DNA of 63,796 nucleotides, filler included, from Rhabdomonas costata (taxonomy: Eukaryota), in the NCBI GenBank assembly GCA_019059605.1. It is 19 parts of 19 records of this genome, joined end to end, with 100 filler letters (N's around TTAATTAATTAA, not from the genome) between each part and the next. Parts side by side here need not be neighbours in the genome. Positions count along the whole stretch, not along the records: positions 1 to 3,271 come from JAHMHO010001090.1; positions 3,372 to 6,646 come from JAHMHO010001091.1; positions 6,747 to 10,014 come from JAHMHO010001092.1; positions 10,115 to 13,381 come from JAHMHO010001093.1; 15 more parts are not named here. One strand, 5' to 3'. The notes beneath the pieces were generated by a model, which worked only from the letters and a program-made list of their open reading frames with translations, made no database searches and was not told the DNA's origin. Positions within the stretch are counted from its first letter, which is position 1, and each line of letters starts with the position of its first letter. This document shows positions 1-13,160 of the stretch, piece by piece. The position numbers and the translations under genes were made by a program.

Positions 1-3
1 TGT

Positions 4-117
4 GGGGAACGAGGAAAGTCATTCTTTCAACGAACATCGCTGAGGCAGCCATAACCCCGTCCACGGTTATGGCTGCCTCAGCGATGTTCGTTGAAAGAAT
101 GACTTTCCTCGTTCCCC
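4..117. repeat. Perfect 53-bp inverted repeat (arms 4-56 and 65-117, loop CCGTCCAC) at contig start; probable fold-back amplification chimera
   Basis: ggggaacgagg...gccataacc is the exact reverse complement of ggttatggc...cgttcccc; it duplicates helicase motif V coding sequence. Confidence 0.9.
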
Positions 118-1200
118 TCGGGAGCAAGAACTCACCTTTGTTCGAAATTGCCAGAGTTTGTTCCTGCTTTGGTAGCTCACTGTACAGAGGTAGTACACGA
201 GCTGCAAGATGGCACAGTGAGGCTGTTCGCAATCTGTTCTCAAGCTCTGCCGCAACAGCTGCAATTTCATCCTTCCCGGGAAGAAAAACCAAGAAATGAT
301 GAAACACATGTGTACCGTCAGGAGCTACACTGGGGGGAAATTCTGGGTCAGCGTGCATCAGAGCAACTTTCTCGGCAATCTTTTCTGCAAAGCCAGAACG
401 GCGCCAGTCAAAGAATCTGAGAGGGCAGTCCGCCGCAGGACTGTACTTCACGGTTACCGGGAACATCCTCCCAGGTATGCACGCAGAGGCGACTTTGAGA
501 CCTGCGGCTTCGAAAAAGGTCTCTGAAAAAGGTCGCAATTGAGAGTGGCACTCATGATTACAGCCTTTCCTGTCCATAACCTGGGCCTTACGGACAGGGC
601 ATGAGCGATCCACCCCAATAGAAGATCCTGGTTGAAGTTTCGCTCGTGAGCTTCGTCGACGACCAGACACCACACACGGGTACTTGCTCATCTGCCGGAG
701 ATCTGAAAGCTGCGCGACCAGCGTGGCGTCCTGGTCGTCTGTGCCTTGTAGGTGGAGTCGAATCTGGCGGCGTACCCAACAGGGCAGTCAGCATCATAAA
801 TACAAGACCCGAGCTCCTGAGCAAGTCGATGGGCAAGCAACCTCCTCGCTGGTAGCACACGCGGTTGTGCAAACCAACGTTCTCGCGGGGGAAAGCTCCA
901 ACAGCATCTTCGGTATTTGGGTGCTCTCCGAGCCCTGTCTCTCCAGAAATCAGGTGGACATTTCATAAAAGTTCGTCTCTCGCCAAAGCCGCGGGGAGCA
1001 GGGAATGACTTTCGCACTCCGATGAAGCTAGACATGGTGGCCGTTCAGCTGAGCAGTAGGCACACTGTGTTGCACAGGTGTGTTACCGTCGATTTTCCAG
1101 GAGGAACGCAAGAGGAGGAGAAGTTGGGAGAAGGAAGGAAGCCGAACGAACATGCTCGTAAAAACCCGATATAAGTGTCCGCTCACCAGTCTCGGCGTCC
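58..1200 (-). pseudogene. DEAH-box RNA helicase, frameshifted (pseudogene or error-prone assembly)
   Basis: Ordered motifs across shifting frames: DAETG/GKST (~1200-1085), AQPRVLPA and VGYAARFD, LVVDEAHER, IMSATL, IPGRMFPV, VFLPGKDEI, RKVILSTNIAEAAITVDG. At least three frame changes are needed, e.g. an extra AG in TTTCAGAGACC. Confidence 0.85.
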
Positions 1201-2519
1201 AAGATTTGTGCCCTGCTTGAAATCTCTTTGCCCAGCAGACTCTGGAGCAGTCATCGATGCAGAGACATCCCGGCGTTCATTACCTTAGCGATAGAAGTCT
1301 CCGCAAGGGAACCAGCTTTTCTGAAAACATAGGTGGGCTGTCGAACAACTGGGCCTGCTGAGGTGGTTGCGTTCCAAAAGAGCGACAGCCAGGGAGTCCG
1401 CCAGTGCCGAAGTGTCTGGTCCTCCACCAAACAACGGGACTTTCGGCCAGCAGCGAAGTAGAAACAACTCGAACTTGCTGCCCCATCACTGAAAGAGGGG
1501 CGCGACCAGAGTTGTGCAGCAGAATGCAGCCTCCGACCGACAGGGACACAGGAAAACGTTCGAAAACCCGGCTATGCAGTATCACCAGAAAGGACGGGTC
1601 GAGGGACGAGGAAACGATGACGTTGCACAACAAGTACGTGAAAGGACCCGCAAAAGATGCAGAGAACTCCACGTAGAACTCCACGTCACCTGTAACCTTC
1701 ACCTTCACCGAGGGCCAGAGGGGGCGTGCCAGCGCCTTGTCCACCACCCTCAACGGAAGGAGCGAGAGTGCAGCAGCGCCCCAAAAAAATAGTCCCCCGA
1801 GGAGACGTGACCCTTTGGCGTCTTTCGCTTCCCTTGTCGGGCACGAAACCCAGCCAGACATGGCCGGAAAGACCAGAGGAAGCGTTGGAGTGGACAAGAG
1901 GAGACAACCGTTGCATTTCTGAGTGATAAAATAACAAAAAAACAATATAACACCTGGCCAGAAGGTAAAATAAACGGTTCGTTAAGCAAACAGCCAGTGG
2001 TAGCTTTACACCACTTCAGCACAACACGTAGAAACACAAACATAAACTGGAAACATCAGGGAACCTGCTCCTATACGGATTAACGACAGATTAACGATAA
2101 TGCAATGGCGGTATAACCTTCGACGTTCAATGCGTGAGATGCTGAAACACCACCGTACCTTTCAAATACCAATCGGTCCCGGTGAAGAGTATCCTAACCT
2201 TGTCGACCTAGAGTCAGTTGACGCGGCAGATAGGAAGAGAAGGTGGTCTGAAGAATGCCCCTGGAAATTTTCTCACAAACAGCAGCGATGCCACCTCATT
2301 TTATTTTGATAGGACATTCATTTCATTTTGGTGCCTTTCCGGCTGGAAATTCGCGCTTTGGCTTGGGTACAATTTACTGCTATGCCCCTTCACCTTCCTC
2401 AGGTGCAGACATCAACCACAAGAACACATGAGATGGAACCAGATGCAGGGCGAGGGGATTCACCCTGACCTGTCCAAACTAAACTGCAAAAAGTACAACC
2501 CCGAAAAAAAAAAGCGGAC

Positions 2520-3169
2520 CTTGGCGCCGTCCATGCTGAAGCAGGCTGACCTCACCCAGTTGTTCTCCGCATCCAGGCAGGACAGCACCTGGCCTCCGCC
2601 CCAGTCCCACACCCGGGCAGTGGAGTCCGCGGAGCCGGTCACCACTCGGGACCCATCCCGTTCGCAGAAACGCACACTGAGCACCCTGAAGTCGAAAAGC
2701 ACGAGCAGCCCGGGTGATGCAGGAGAATGTGCGCGTTTAGGGCGCTGATGCCGGGGCCTTCTTGCTTAATTCGCTCGGTGGTGTATGCGCATTTCTGATG
2801 TTAAGCAATGGCATGACAAATCAGCAGGTGAAGAAATCACCCATCACCGATCGATCGCCCATTGGGTTACCTTTGCTGAAGTGTGCACGATCCGAATGAG
2901 ATTGCCAGGGTCGTCAAGCCCAGAATTGAAGCTCGCTGAGGGCATGTGTTGGTCCGGGACTTGGAAAATCTTGAACACCTCTTCAAAAAACTGTTCAGTG
3001 GGAGTTTCTGCACCTCCCCCCCCTCCATTCCCCAGAACCCGCACCTGTCGTTGTGTCCTTGAAGAACCGCCAGTGGCTTTCCACCGCCGAGGTCCCAGAC
3101 ACGTGCAGTGCAGTCACACGACGCGGTGGCCCCGACTCCCTCTGAAGGGGAGAAGGCCACAGCACGAAC
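2520..3169 (-). CDS. WD40-repeat protein, internal exons 3169-3045 and 2685-2520
   Basis: VRAVAFSP...ATASCDCTARVWD...LQGHNDR|VLSVRF...VVTGSADSTARVWD...WVRSACFS; the GT-AG intron keeps frame. Confidence 0.9.
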
Positions 3170-3271
3170 CTTTGCGCGACACGCAAAGGAGAGAGTAGAA
3201 ACAAGCCAGAAAAACAAAGCCAAGCGCACTCATGACAAAATGCACAACCAACCGAACCCAGCCCACGTGAC

Positions 3272-3371
3272 NNNNNNNNNNNNNNNNNNNNNNNNNNNNN
3301 NNNNNNNNNNNNNNNTTAATTAATTAANNNNNNNNNNNNNNNNNNNNNNNNNNNNNNNNNNNNNNNNNNNN
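3272..3371. other. Artificial contig linker (N44-TTAATTAATTAA-N44), first of 18; others start at 6647, 10015, 13382, 16747, 20112, 23474, 26838, 30205, 33568, 36929, 40290, 43653, 47011, 50366, 53722, 57078, 60438
   Basis: Identical 100-nt spacer with stops in all six frames every ~3.36 kb; flanking contigs are unrelated and of near-equal, slowly decreasing length. Confidence 0.98.
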
Positions 3372-4210
3372 ATTGACCCGGGCTGGCCAGTGCCCATCGG
3401 AGGGGGGCCTCCCAAATAGATACCTCCGACAGCACGCGCGTCCCTTCCATTGAGATTGCAGCGGAGGTGGAAGCCGAACCTGAAGCTCTCGGTGATCAAA
3501 CAACGAGTGGGCCGAGTAGCTGCGCGCTTCCCCGAGGGACCACCAGCGACTTCAGCCCGTGCTGCCCACCACACAGCCTCTACGAGCCGAAGAGGGGATC
3601 CTGTCACCCCTTTAATTGAGAGTGTGTCATCATCAAGGATCCGGCTTTGGCGGGACCCGAGCTCCTGCGCCACCACTCCTTTACACATTCCTCACCCAAA
3701 ACGTGAGAGAGAGAGAGAGAGAGAGGTGTCGCAAGCGAGGTAGGGGGATGGCAGCCCTTCTTTGAACAGCCCCAGCACAATCGGCCCACGTCTACTTCAA
3801 ACCAGGTCAATGTTGACCTCTGAGGCGGTTCGGACTGCTTTGTAATTAACTGTTTTTTATGAGTCCGTGTGAATCCCCCCTGGATTTTGATTTACCCCGC
3901 TTCATTTCCGCTCTCGCCTTCCTCCAATGGCGTGGTGCGTTTGAAGCTCCAACAGCACCGTTCTCCATTCCGCTGCAGCCAGTGTGTGCATGTCGGGTGT
4001 TTTTTTATAGTAAAATCATTCGTGCGTGATGACTTCGACAACAGCCTCTTGTTGCGTTGTGTCCATTCTTCTGGCTATCTGTTTTTTGTTTTCATCCAGA
4101 GGGGACTCAAGCAAGTCTGAGCATATAGTTCACGTGTATGCATTACAATTATCATCGGAATGTATGTGAGAGGTAGTTGTCAAGACTTATTCGGATGGCC
4201 TGGGCGACAG

Positions 4211-6625
4211 AACGGTGTTCCAGACGGCTCTGAAGGGCAACGAGAGCCGCATCCGAATCATACTAAACAAGGCAGACACGGTGGGCCAGCACGAGTTGAT
4301 GAAGGTCTGGTCCCCCCCATCCGGCTTTGGGTGGGCCGCTCCAAACTTCAAAACCTCCAAACTTCTTACTTTCCTAATTTGATCCTTAGACAGGCTGCAT
4401 TGGCTCTTTCCAACAACAGCTCCCCCTCCGTCAATTCCCCTTTTCCTGCTTCAATTGGCAACGATTCTACTGAGTTTGTAGAGTTGTTTTCCGTGAGTTT
4501 GGACCGAACAGGGCGGTTGAGCAGACCCCTCGCTGAGGTCCGCCGAGCTTTGGGCCCGTTGTGGAATTGTGGAAATTTCTTTGCTTCTTCAGCTTGAGCA
4601 CACCGCAGTGAGGTAGCATTATCGGTTCAGTGAACGGGTAATGGGGAATGGTGTTTCAGGTGCACGGCGCACTCTTCTGGAATCTGTCCAACCTCATCAC
4701 TACATCGGAACCACCTCGTGGTTTGAGTTGCGTTGCTTACTTTTTAAACCCGGTCTCTTTTTTTCAGCCTGTCTCTCTTGTTTTGCATTTCTTCCTGCGA
4801 AATGCACTCCTAGCTTTGTCGAGGTGGTTTGGGGTTTCCCTCTACGGAGGCCTGATGCAGTTTGTCAGGGGGTGCTTGCCTTGGCGAGTCATGCGGTTAC
4901 TATCTTTGGTTTGGGTGACTCGGACAGTGTATAAGTTTCTATATGTTTGTATATGTATTCACCATTTGTTGCCACCTCTTCCGCGTATCTGATAACTTTT
5001 GAGCGGTCTGTCAATGCTGCTATACCGTGTGCGTTTTACAATGCAAAAGTTCCTGGAGTTGTCTCATGGGTTTGCTTGTTGTGTTGCGCAGTGTATGTGT
5101 CCTCGTTTTGGGACAAGCCATACCGCCCGGACACCAACCACCGCCTCTTTGAGACGGAGAAGCAGGCATTGCTGTACGACATGCTGTACACCGTCCCAGT
5201 GGAAGCTCTCGACCGGAAAGTGGTGTGTGCCAAGCGGGACCGGACCACTGAAACCTTTAGGCAGACGCAACGGGCTACTCTCATCAGTTACCACAACAAT
5301 CGTCCCCCCCCCCCCTACTATTGCGTACTTTTCACCAGCAAACATTGCTGCACTGCGACGACAGGAGTCGCACTTATTGAAGGTGCATCAGTGATGAAGC
5401 AACGCAATTCGGGAAAGCAGTTCTTTACGTTCGTAAAAGAGACGGGAAAACGCAAATGAAAAATTGTCGCTGCTGAGAAACTCATGTTGGGACCTCTTTT
5501 ACTTACCCTTAGAGAAGGCGAGTACTGATTTCCAGGGCAAGAGCCTCTGGAAAGAAGAACCCGCAGACCAGGCCTGAGTTGCTTGTGGGTGTCAGCGCAA
5601 AGCTTTAGTAAAAATGGAGAGCCACGAGAAAGATAAGTGGGGAAGCATGGGGGACCTGCTCGGCTTCAGGCCGCTCTGCTCCGGCGAGCGCAGGATGTGT
5701 TTATCTTCTGCGCCGTGATCGGCACGGCCCGGGAGAAGCTCCCCAAGTACTTCTCGAAAAAGAAGACCAAGATCGAGACCATCGACAACATCGACCAAGT
5801 CTTTGCTGAGGTGCAAGGTGTGCCCTGGGCTGCCCTTGGGGCCGGTGGCCAGAAAGCGCAACGTGGGAGATTTGCTGTTTGGCTGTGCATGCGTTGTGGG
5901 TGCCGTCCGGGGCTGCGTGAGGCAAGAAGCGGCGCAAAACGGGATACTATAGAGCCGCCAAGCGGCACCACCACCACGAGGGTGAAAGATCAGGATAACC
6001 CTGACCCCAAGGACCGGCGAACCAGCGTTTCGTGAGGGCTGCCGTACATGCAAAAGACCCCAGGCCAGCTTCGGCTTAGTCCTCCTCTACTGCACACGCT
6101 CAGTCTTCCGGGGAGATCACATGTTAATGTTTGTGTGCCTGAATGGTGGGTCCCCTATTCCCATCGCCGACCAGATGGCCATTGGTACCCTTAAGCTATT
6201 CTCTTTCCCTGCAATCTCTTCTCTTGCTTCCTGCTCTCGGTTTCGTCGCTTCGCACTCTCTGACGCCCTCAGTACGTCATGGTTAGGGAGGAGATCTATG
6301 CTTCCGCAGTTTACCGGCAGAAACTACTCGCTTCCTAATCCTCTCGGAACAGCGAGCGTCCTTCCTTGATGGACGGTGAAGGAGAAGTATTGCGAACCAG
6401 TTATTCGATGTGATTTACGAGGAGCAGTATCATGGCAATGCATGAGTTATTGCAGAGTTATGTATGGTATGCGATCTAATTTATGCCTGAGCGACCCTCC
6501 TGTGCATCTTCCCCTTTTTCTTCGCCGCAGTGAAATATCGTCTTCCCGCGGCTAACTTTCCCAAGGATGTGGAGTTCAAGCAGTTCTTTACGCAGCACGA
6601 CCTCTATGACTTTCCAAAACTGCAC
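4211..6625 (+). CDS. Sarcalumenin/EHD-family dynamin-like GTPase, partial; exons ~4211-4304, 4660-4720, 5092-5222, 5670-5817, 6531-~6625
   Basis: Spliced protein LKGNESRIRIILNKAD..ELMK|VHGALFWNLSNLITTSEPPR|VYVSSFWDKP...|AALLRRA...|KYRLPAANFP...DFPKL matches the EHD/sarcalumenin G-domain and helical domain; all four introns are GT-AG and frame-consistent. Confidence 0.9.
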
Positions 6626-7653
6626 TCCTTTGAGACAAAAACAAAANNNNNNNNNNNNNNNNNNNNNNNNNNNNNNNNNNNNNNNNNNNNTTAATTAATT
6701 AANNNNNNNNNNNNNNNNNNNNNNNNNNNNNNNNNNNNNNNNNNNNGGGAGGGAGGGGGAAGATCTTCGGTTTGTGTGTCTGTATCGGTGCACTGCAGTG
6801 CAGTGCATAACTCGGAGAAGTCTGCCATGGTAATATCACCCACTCCTCATTCACACGGAAAAGACCACATATGTGCAGCGTGGGTGAAGAGGGTCCACAC
6901 AAAAGGTGTGTATACGTATGTGTGTGTGTTTTGTGGTCAGCTCCGTGGACTTGCGGTATCATCTGCTCTCCTCACATATATCTACAGAATGGGCTTCGCA
7001 GAAACAGAGGGAGGGGAACAAACCGGGGCAGCTCTGTACACCAAGAGCAGCGTAGAGATCGAGGTCACCCATCGCAGTTCTCAGGAAGGAGCGCCTAGTG
7101 TGTACCTAGTGTGTACCTGTAACCTCAATAACCCTGAAAGGGAAAAAAACCAACCAACCAACCTACCAACCAACTAATCGACCGAATAACCGAACAACGA
7201 AAGGGTGGATCAATGCAAAATGATGGTCAGGGATAACCTCGTGTGTGTATGTGGAAACGTCAGTGTGGTGCCTGCGTCCGCGCGACTGTGACCGGCCATA
7301 AACAAAACGTTCACAAATTCAAGTCAACAAGTCGCGTCGGTTCCAATGTCATTTTCGGTCAGATTTCTGTTGTAGGGTACGCTTTGGGGTGGGGGGTCAT
7401 AGTAAATACATGGTGTCCCATTAAAAATGATAAATATACTTTTTGAATATAACCTACTGAACACTGGGGGGTGTTGCCATTGCAGCTGACGGTGTGCATG
7501 GCTTGCCATTTTGTTTAACAGCAATATTAATCCCCATTGCGCTTTGAGCTTGTGCAGCGAGAATTTTTCCCTCCCCCCCTTTTGCCTTTTAACCGAATGG
7601 TTTGGCCAGTCAGCACCCGGGTCCGGGCTGTGCAGCTGCTGTGGCAGCCCGGG

Positions 7654-10002
7654 TCAGCAGCAGAAGCACGCCGAGCCCTGGCCACTGGCGTAAAGCGCCT
7701 CCTGCCTCCTGCCTCCATCACCCGATGGTTCAGGGATTTCTTTTTTTGGGGCCGTGTTTTATTGGGGGAAGAGGCGTGCCGGAGTAGGGTCCCCTTCTCG
7801 GTGGGGACCTTTTGGAAAATTCCGGTTTCCAGCCTCTTTTTTCAAGTCAATTGATTTTCGGAGCTAAGGGTATTCGGGCACCAGGACCCTATAGGAAAAG
7901 ATGGCAGCATCTGTATGAACCACCTACACTATAACCCGAGTACCAACAGGAAGGACACCCTGTATAGAGCAAATGCGCCAGGACTCTCACACTGTCCAAC
8001 TTACACCGCTCTAAAGCTCGAAAAACATTTCGTTCCTACCCAGCCGTGGATACGTTTGGCTGCAACTGGTTGAAGGAGGATCGCCTTCACACGAATAGAA
8101 CCACAGGTGAGAACCAACTGGCTGAAGCCAAAGGTGAAAATGACTAGTTCAGCGGGCTCACCGCCGCGCGGCCGAACGCTGGTGTGAGCGAGTAGGTGTG
8201 GTTTGTCTGAGTTAACTGTAAAGTCCACAATATACAATACGCCGCGTGGGGTTATCGACACTTTACAAGGGATCAGAGGTGGCTGGGACCTGCCTCGTCA
8301 CCCAGACCTCCGCTCGACGGGTGAAGATGCAGCGCCGCACATGTGCCCTGGAGAAGTACCGCCGCGGGCCAGCAGCGGCGGTGCCCGTGGGGGTGGCGGC
8401 GGGATCTCCAGAGAAGAAAACCCATTCTCCAAGCCCACGCACAGCCTGGGGCAGCAGCTCCAGGAAGGTCGTCGAGGGCCCCACGGGGAAGTGGCTCACT
8501 ACCGCCCCCGTTGGCGCGGCGCGCAAAGTGACCACCTCGCACACCTCTGGAAAAGTTCAAAACAGAATCCACTGGGCACAGTACTGAGATACTAGGTGCC
8601 AATCAAACATATCTGTATATCGCCAGCCTCCCTCCGGTTTCATAAGAACGGGACAGCCAGCTGGAACCTCATCCACCGCAATACAAAGAGACAGCAAGGT
8701 GGCAGCTTCCATCTGATGGAGATGAGTATAGAGCCTCAGTGAACACACTGTTTCACAATAATGAAGAAGCAAGCAAGGGCCAAATCAAATTAAAATAACC
8801 CTTCAAAGCGTTCACTGTTTGGCCGGAACCCAAGCGATGCAACAAAACAGAAAGAGCAGAAGCTGTACAACAGTCAATACAGTGGTACAGCATCGACATC
8901 AGCATCAGCGTCACATCCTGACATCCTGACATCCTCACTCACTCACTCTGACACCCTGACATCCTGGTAAGGGTAGCACGAGAAACGCAACTAGCCAACG
9001 AACGAAATCCTTTTCGTTGCCTGAGGCTCAAACTTTGTGCACGAGGTGGGAAGGTAACGCGAGGGGAGGACTTTGTTTGAATTGTTAGGGCTGCTTCCCC
9101 TCCACAAATAAGGAAATCTGACTGCACTGTGGGGAAGAGCGTCCAGATTTTGAATGAAAGAGGAAAGACCAAACTGGTAGAGAAGCACTGAAAGAGTATC
9201 AAAAAAGCACAAACCACCCCATCCCCATCCACCAGAAGGACAAAGCAGAGCTCAGGAAAACGCACCGCAAACACACGCCAGCAAAACATAGCACTCCGAT
9301 CAGTTTTTTCGAGCCGACAGCTGGAAAAGCAGCTGTACAATGCGCTACACACCACGGGCGGTGACGGGGTCTGTCAACTGCTTTGTGCAGTGGTGCCACC
9401 ACACCCCCAGCTGCACGAAGTCCACCACCACAAACCCGCATCTCAGGTGGGGGTACTCCTGGAACAGCGGGTGCACGGGCCAGGCCGGGGCGCGTTCCGG
9501 GGCCACCCCCAGCAGCACCACAAACACGGCGCTGTGCGGGAAGTGGGAGAAAGGAGCATCTCTCGTGGAAACGCCGTTCAAAAGAAACGGTAGCATCTTC
9601 AACACAAAAGAGGAGGCACGAAAGAGAGCGGCTGAAGCAATATCAGAGATGAGGGAAGGACATTACTGTCCCAGAAGCTCTGCCACGAAACGAAAGCCAA
9701 CCATCGCTGCACAAAAACTACTCCGAAACAACTGCGCAGTTCGGCGTTCGGTGGTTGTGCTCCACATCTGAACTGTTGGGACCCGGAGAAACAAGGCGGT
9801 CGAGGCATAAAAAAAGACAGATGAAACGCAAAACAACACCTTTGAGGATCAATGGTCGAAGGCCGAGCCGATCCGCTCAGGCCTCGCACAGGGGACGTGC
9901 CCGTGGCCCGTAGAAGGCCACGCCACGCGTCGCACGTTGCCACAAGCTCGTTCCGCGCCGCAACCGCGTCACCCTCCACGCACAGCTTGGCACGCAACAC
10001 CA
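7654..10002 (-). CDS. Uncharacterised protein, 3' part; exons 10002-9840, 9531-9353, 8546-8290, 7701-7654; ends ...GSACFCC*
   Basis: Four GC-rich segments joined by GT-AG introns with matching phases (2, 1, 0) to a TGA; no family recognised. Confidence 0.65.
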
Positions 10003-10297
10003 CTGACACACCACNNNNNNNNNNNNNNNNNNNNNNNNNNNNNNNNNNNNNNNNNNNNTTAATTAATTAANNNNNNNNNNNNNNNNNNNNNNNNNNNNNN
10101 NNNNNNNNNNNNNNGTGGGTGTGGTGTGAAGGTTACACCTGACATTTGCTCAATGCCTCTGGTGGTTGTGTGTGTGTGTGGGGGGGCTGCGTTCAAGATA
10201 CCGTCGAAGCGGCGCAGAAGCGGCCCTTGGCAGGTCGGTCCATTCTTCCCTCTCCCAAAACCGTATGCCCGGGTGAAAGTCGATAGGGTCCTCATAC

Positions 10298-11107
10298 CTT
10301 TGGGAGGCAGCAGGTGGACCTCATTAAGGTCGGTGTAGCTCTGGAAGAGAGCCTTGAGGTCCTCCTCGTACAAGTCCGGGGGGAGGTCACCGACAAACAC
10401 CTTCACATCGGGGGGCTGCACGTGGCACACCTAAAAAGGGGAGGCCGACGCAACGCACCTGACCACCTCCGGGAAAGGAGTTGCGGAGGATGCTTGAGAA
10501 ATACGGCCCTGTGGTCTCCACCGCGGTCCAACTCCCAGTTGGGCGCAGCCTCGATTTTTCGGTTCGCCGCCCAGCTCGCCCTACCCATTCGTTTCCGAAA
10601 TGGACAAATTACATTTTCTTTGGGGGTGTCTTGATATTTTTACGTTGAACGTCCACAGTTTCAGTGACTGCACCAGCGGAATCGTGGGATGGAGTAATCG
10701 ACCCCTCACTCAATGCACGGACCACCGAAACCGCAAAGTTCCGTTTCATACAGGGTAGGCCAGAAAATCCCAGAAGCAATGGTGATGCTCAATCGGTCGC
10801 CAAATGAGGAACCGTGGAGGATAAACACATTCAATCAGGGGCGGCGTACCTGGATGTTTCCACCGAGCAGGGGATTGAGGTGGAAGCTCGTTACCGCCTT
10901 CGTGGCACTGTCCTGCCTCAGGAAGGAGATCACCGCGCGCAGCCCTGGGAAGCTGCCGTAGCCTCCAGAGCCGTTGTCGGAGACCAGTGATACCGCGGTG
11001 ACCAGTCCACAGCTGGAAAAGAAGCCCCGCAGCGCGGACTCCGTGACGTCCGCAGAGAGGGGCCCCACAACAACCCGAAAACCCTCAATGGGCGCCGGCC
11101 CACTCAT
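10298..11107 (-). CDS. RRM-domain RNA-binding protein, 5' exons 11107-10850 and 10430-10298
   Basis: RVVVGPLSADVTESALRGFFSSCGLVTAV...AVISF...ATKAV and KVFVGDLPPDLYEEDLKALFQSY are two RRM starts; GT-AG intron. Confidence 0.85.
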
Positions 11108-12404
11108 TGTTCCAGAGCACTGCACAAACCTTTCCTCCTTCTCCCTTCCTTTCTTCTGGATCGGGATGCGTACCCTTTCTCGATTACAGAACCGTCAGCG
11201 GAAGAGTAGAGGCCATTCAAAAAGAAGGTGCTTTATGGCCTAAACTAAAGAAGAACTGCAAAGAAGCAATGACAAGAACAAAATCGTCTTTGGTGCCAAG
11301 ACGTTGGGGGCTGAGGGGCGGTGTGCCTACACGCGTACATTGCTTTCTCTTTGACAAAGAATGTGCTGGAAAATTCAGGCTCACCATGCAGGGCCACAGA
11401 CAGGCTATTATTAGAAACAGACCCTTTGACAGAAAGCATACCAAGCCTTTGGTCTCCCGGGTATATCTAAATATTTAAGAACAACAAGACAATGACTGGG
11501 ACCACCCAGTGATGATGAAAAATGAGGATGCCACTTCCCCATCCCACGATCAAAACTCTGCCGTGTAAAGCCAACAAAGGAATAAAACACAGCTGGGGAG
11601 GCCTCGGTCACAATCGACCCCCCAGACCTGTGCTACACAGGGAACATGTGCAACGCGCACGTGAACACACACACAACGGAGCGACAGCGGCTGCATCGCT
11701 GGGGAATGAACCCGAGCGAGAGCAGGGACCGACCGCACGTAAACACAAATGTTAAAGGGGAGAAGTACAACAGCAAATAGGAAGTGCAGCAAAATGTGCA
11801 CACGCACGCGCATGTACCCGCACACGCACACACACAGGAGATCAAAGTACGTCGTTTGGGGTGCCTTCCCCAAAGACATCGCACCGCGTCGGCTCGGGAC
11901 ATTCGTCCCTCAAACACTTACGCACACGCCTACACGCAGTTCTGCGGTGCCACGAAGTGTGCAGCAACCCACACCCGCACACCCGTCATCCTGGTGCGTG
12001 CACCCATTCTGGCATGCGTGCGGAGTTTTGGTTTTTTTTAGCAAATCCAGAATATGTTTTGCGTTTTGGGGGGGGCATGGGGGTGTAAAGCCCCTCCGCA
12101 ATTCTTGTCTTTCCCTCGAAAGAAGCTTCCACGAGGGCAGTATAATTTGCCCTCGCGGGCAATCGGACAGATGCCGAATTATTTCGAGGCATATTTCCCA
12201 GGTCCTCATAGAAACCAAGGCAAATTTTGCAGTTAATTATAGTGTATACACAAATTCCCGTGCTTGGACGCCAAAATGAAGGGTTAATTATAGGATGACT
12301 AGGATTATACACCACCAACTGCGGGCTGCATAGTTCGTGGCAAGTCGCTCCATCACCTGCACTCCACTTTCCTCAAAAACTTCGACTTATGCAGGTATAG
12401 ACCT

Positions 12405-13160
12405 TCACGCCGTGGGCTGCTGGATCTTCACCTGCTCCAGCCACTGGTCGATGATCACCTTCACGGCGCAGGGGTGGAAGTCGGGCTGCTTGCACCGCGC
12501 GGCCCTCTCCTCCCGGGTGAGGTTGTAACCCACAATCCGGCGCTCGCGGTGCAGGGCCTCGATGCTGTCCGAGGCGTGCGCGCTATTCCGCATGACGTCG
12601 CGGCCGTAGTCGCTGCGGATGGTGCCGACCTCGGCCTGCCCGGGGTCCGTGCTGCCCAGCTTGGTCCGGATTGTCTGGATGGCGTTCGGGCCGTGGTACA
12701 GAAGCGCCAGGCACCGTGCCGTGCCTCGCTTGCTCTGGGGAGAACCGCAAGTGAGAAATGCTCGGGGAGAAAGCAAATGCCTTTCCTCTCTCATCTCTCA
12801 TTTCTGCTCTTGGGGTTCTCGGCACAATGTGATGCCGTTCTTCAGCAACGCTGTGCAAACTCAGGAATTGTTCTTCATTTCCCAACGGCCCACACGGTTT
12901 AACACAAAACTCCCTTCAGGATCTCAGGAAGAGCTACAATTTCCGAAATGCAAGCATTCTACCGAAATCCCCAGCATCCGGCAAAGACAAGCACTTTCCG
13001 ATGTAGCAAAAGACCTTCTCCGCATCCGTCAAATCGTGGCGAGGATAGACCCCAGTCATGTAGTGGATGATGCTTGCCACCTCCGTGGCCGCGTGCTTCT
13101 GCTTCAGCAGCGCAGTCATAATCTCATACTCGTGGTCGGACAGCTGGAAGTCAAACGCTC
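12405..13160 (-). CDS. Nucleoside-diphosphate kinase-like protein, last two exons 13160-13015 and 12734-12405
   Basis: IIHYMTG...CLALLYHGPNAIQTIRTKLGSTDPGQAEVGTIRSDYGRDVMRNSAHASDS matches the NDK Kpn loop and catalytic NxxHxSD motif; ends at TGA. Confidence 0.88.

Noticed and set aside
4-117. Hairpin as a transposon end or structured RNA
   Set aside because: It copies helicase coding sequence exactly, sits at a contig start and can be primed by a short natural AACC/GGTT hairpin; a fold-back artefact is simpler.
3316-3327. Regularly spaced TTAATTAATTAA as a CRISPR-like or biological repeat
   Set aside because: Always embedded in fixed N runs; it is a synthetic six-frame-stop linker.
3372-3690. 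Retroviral aspartic protease-like fragment on the minus strand (SIKGVTGSPLRLV)
   Set aside because: No catalytic D(S/T)G motif is visible; the resemblance is too weak.
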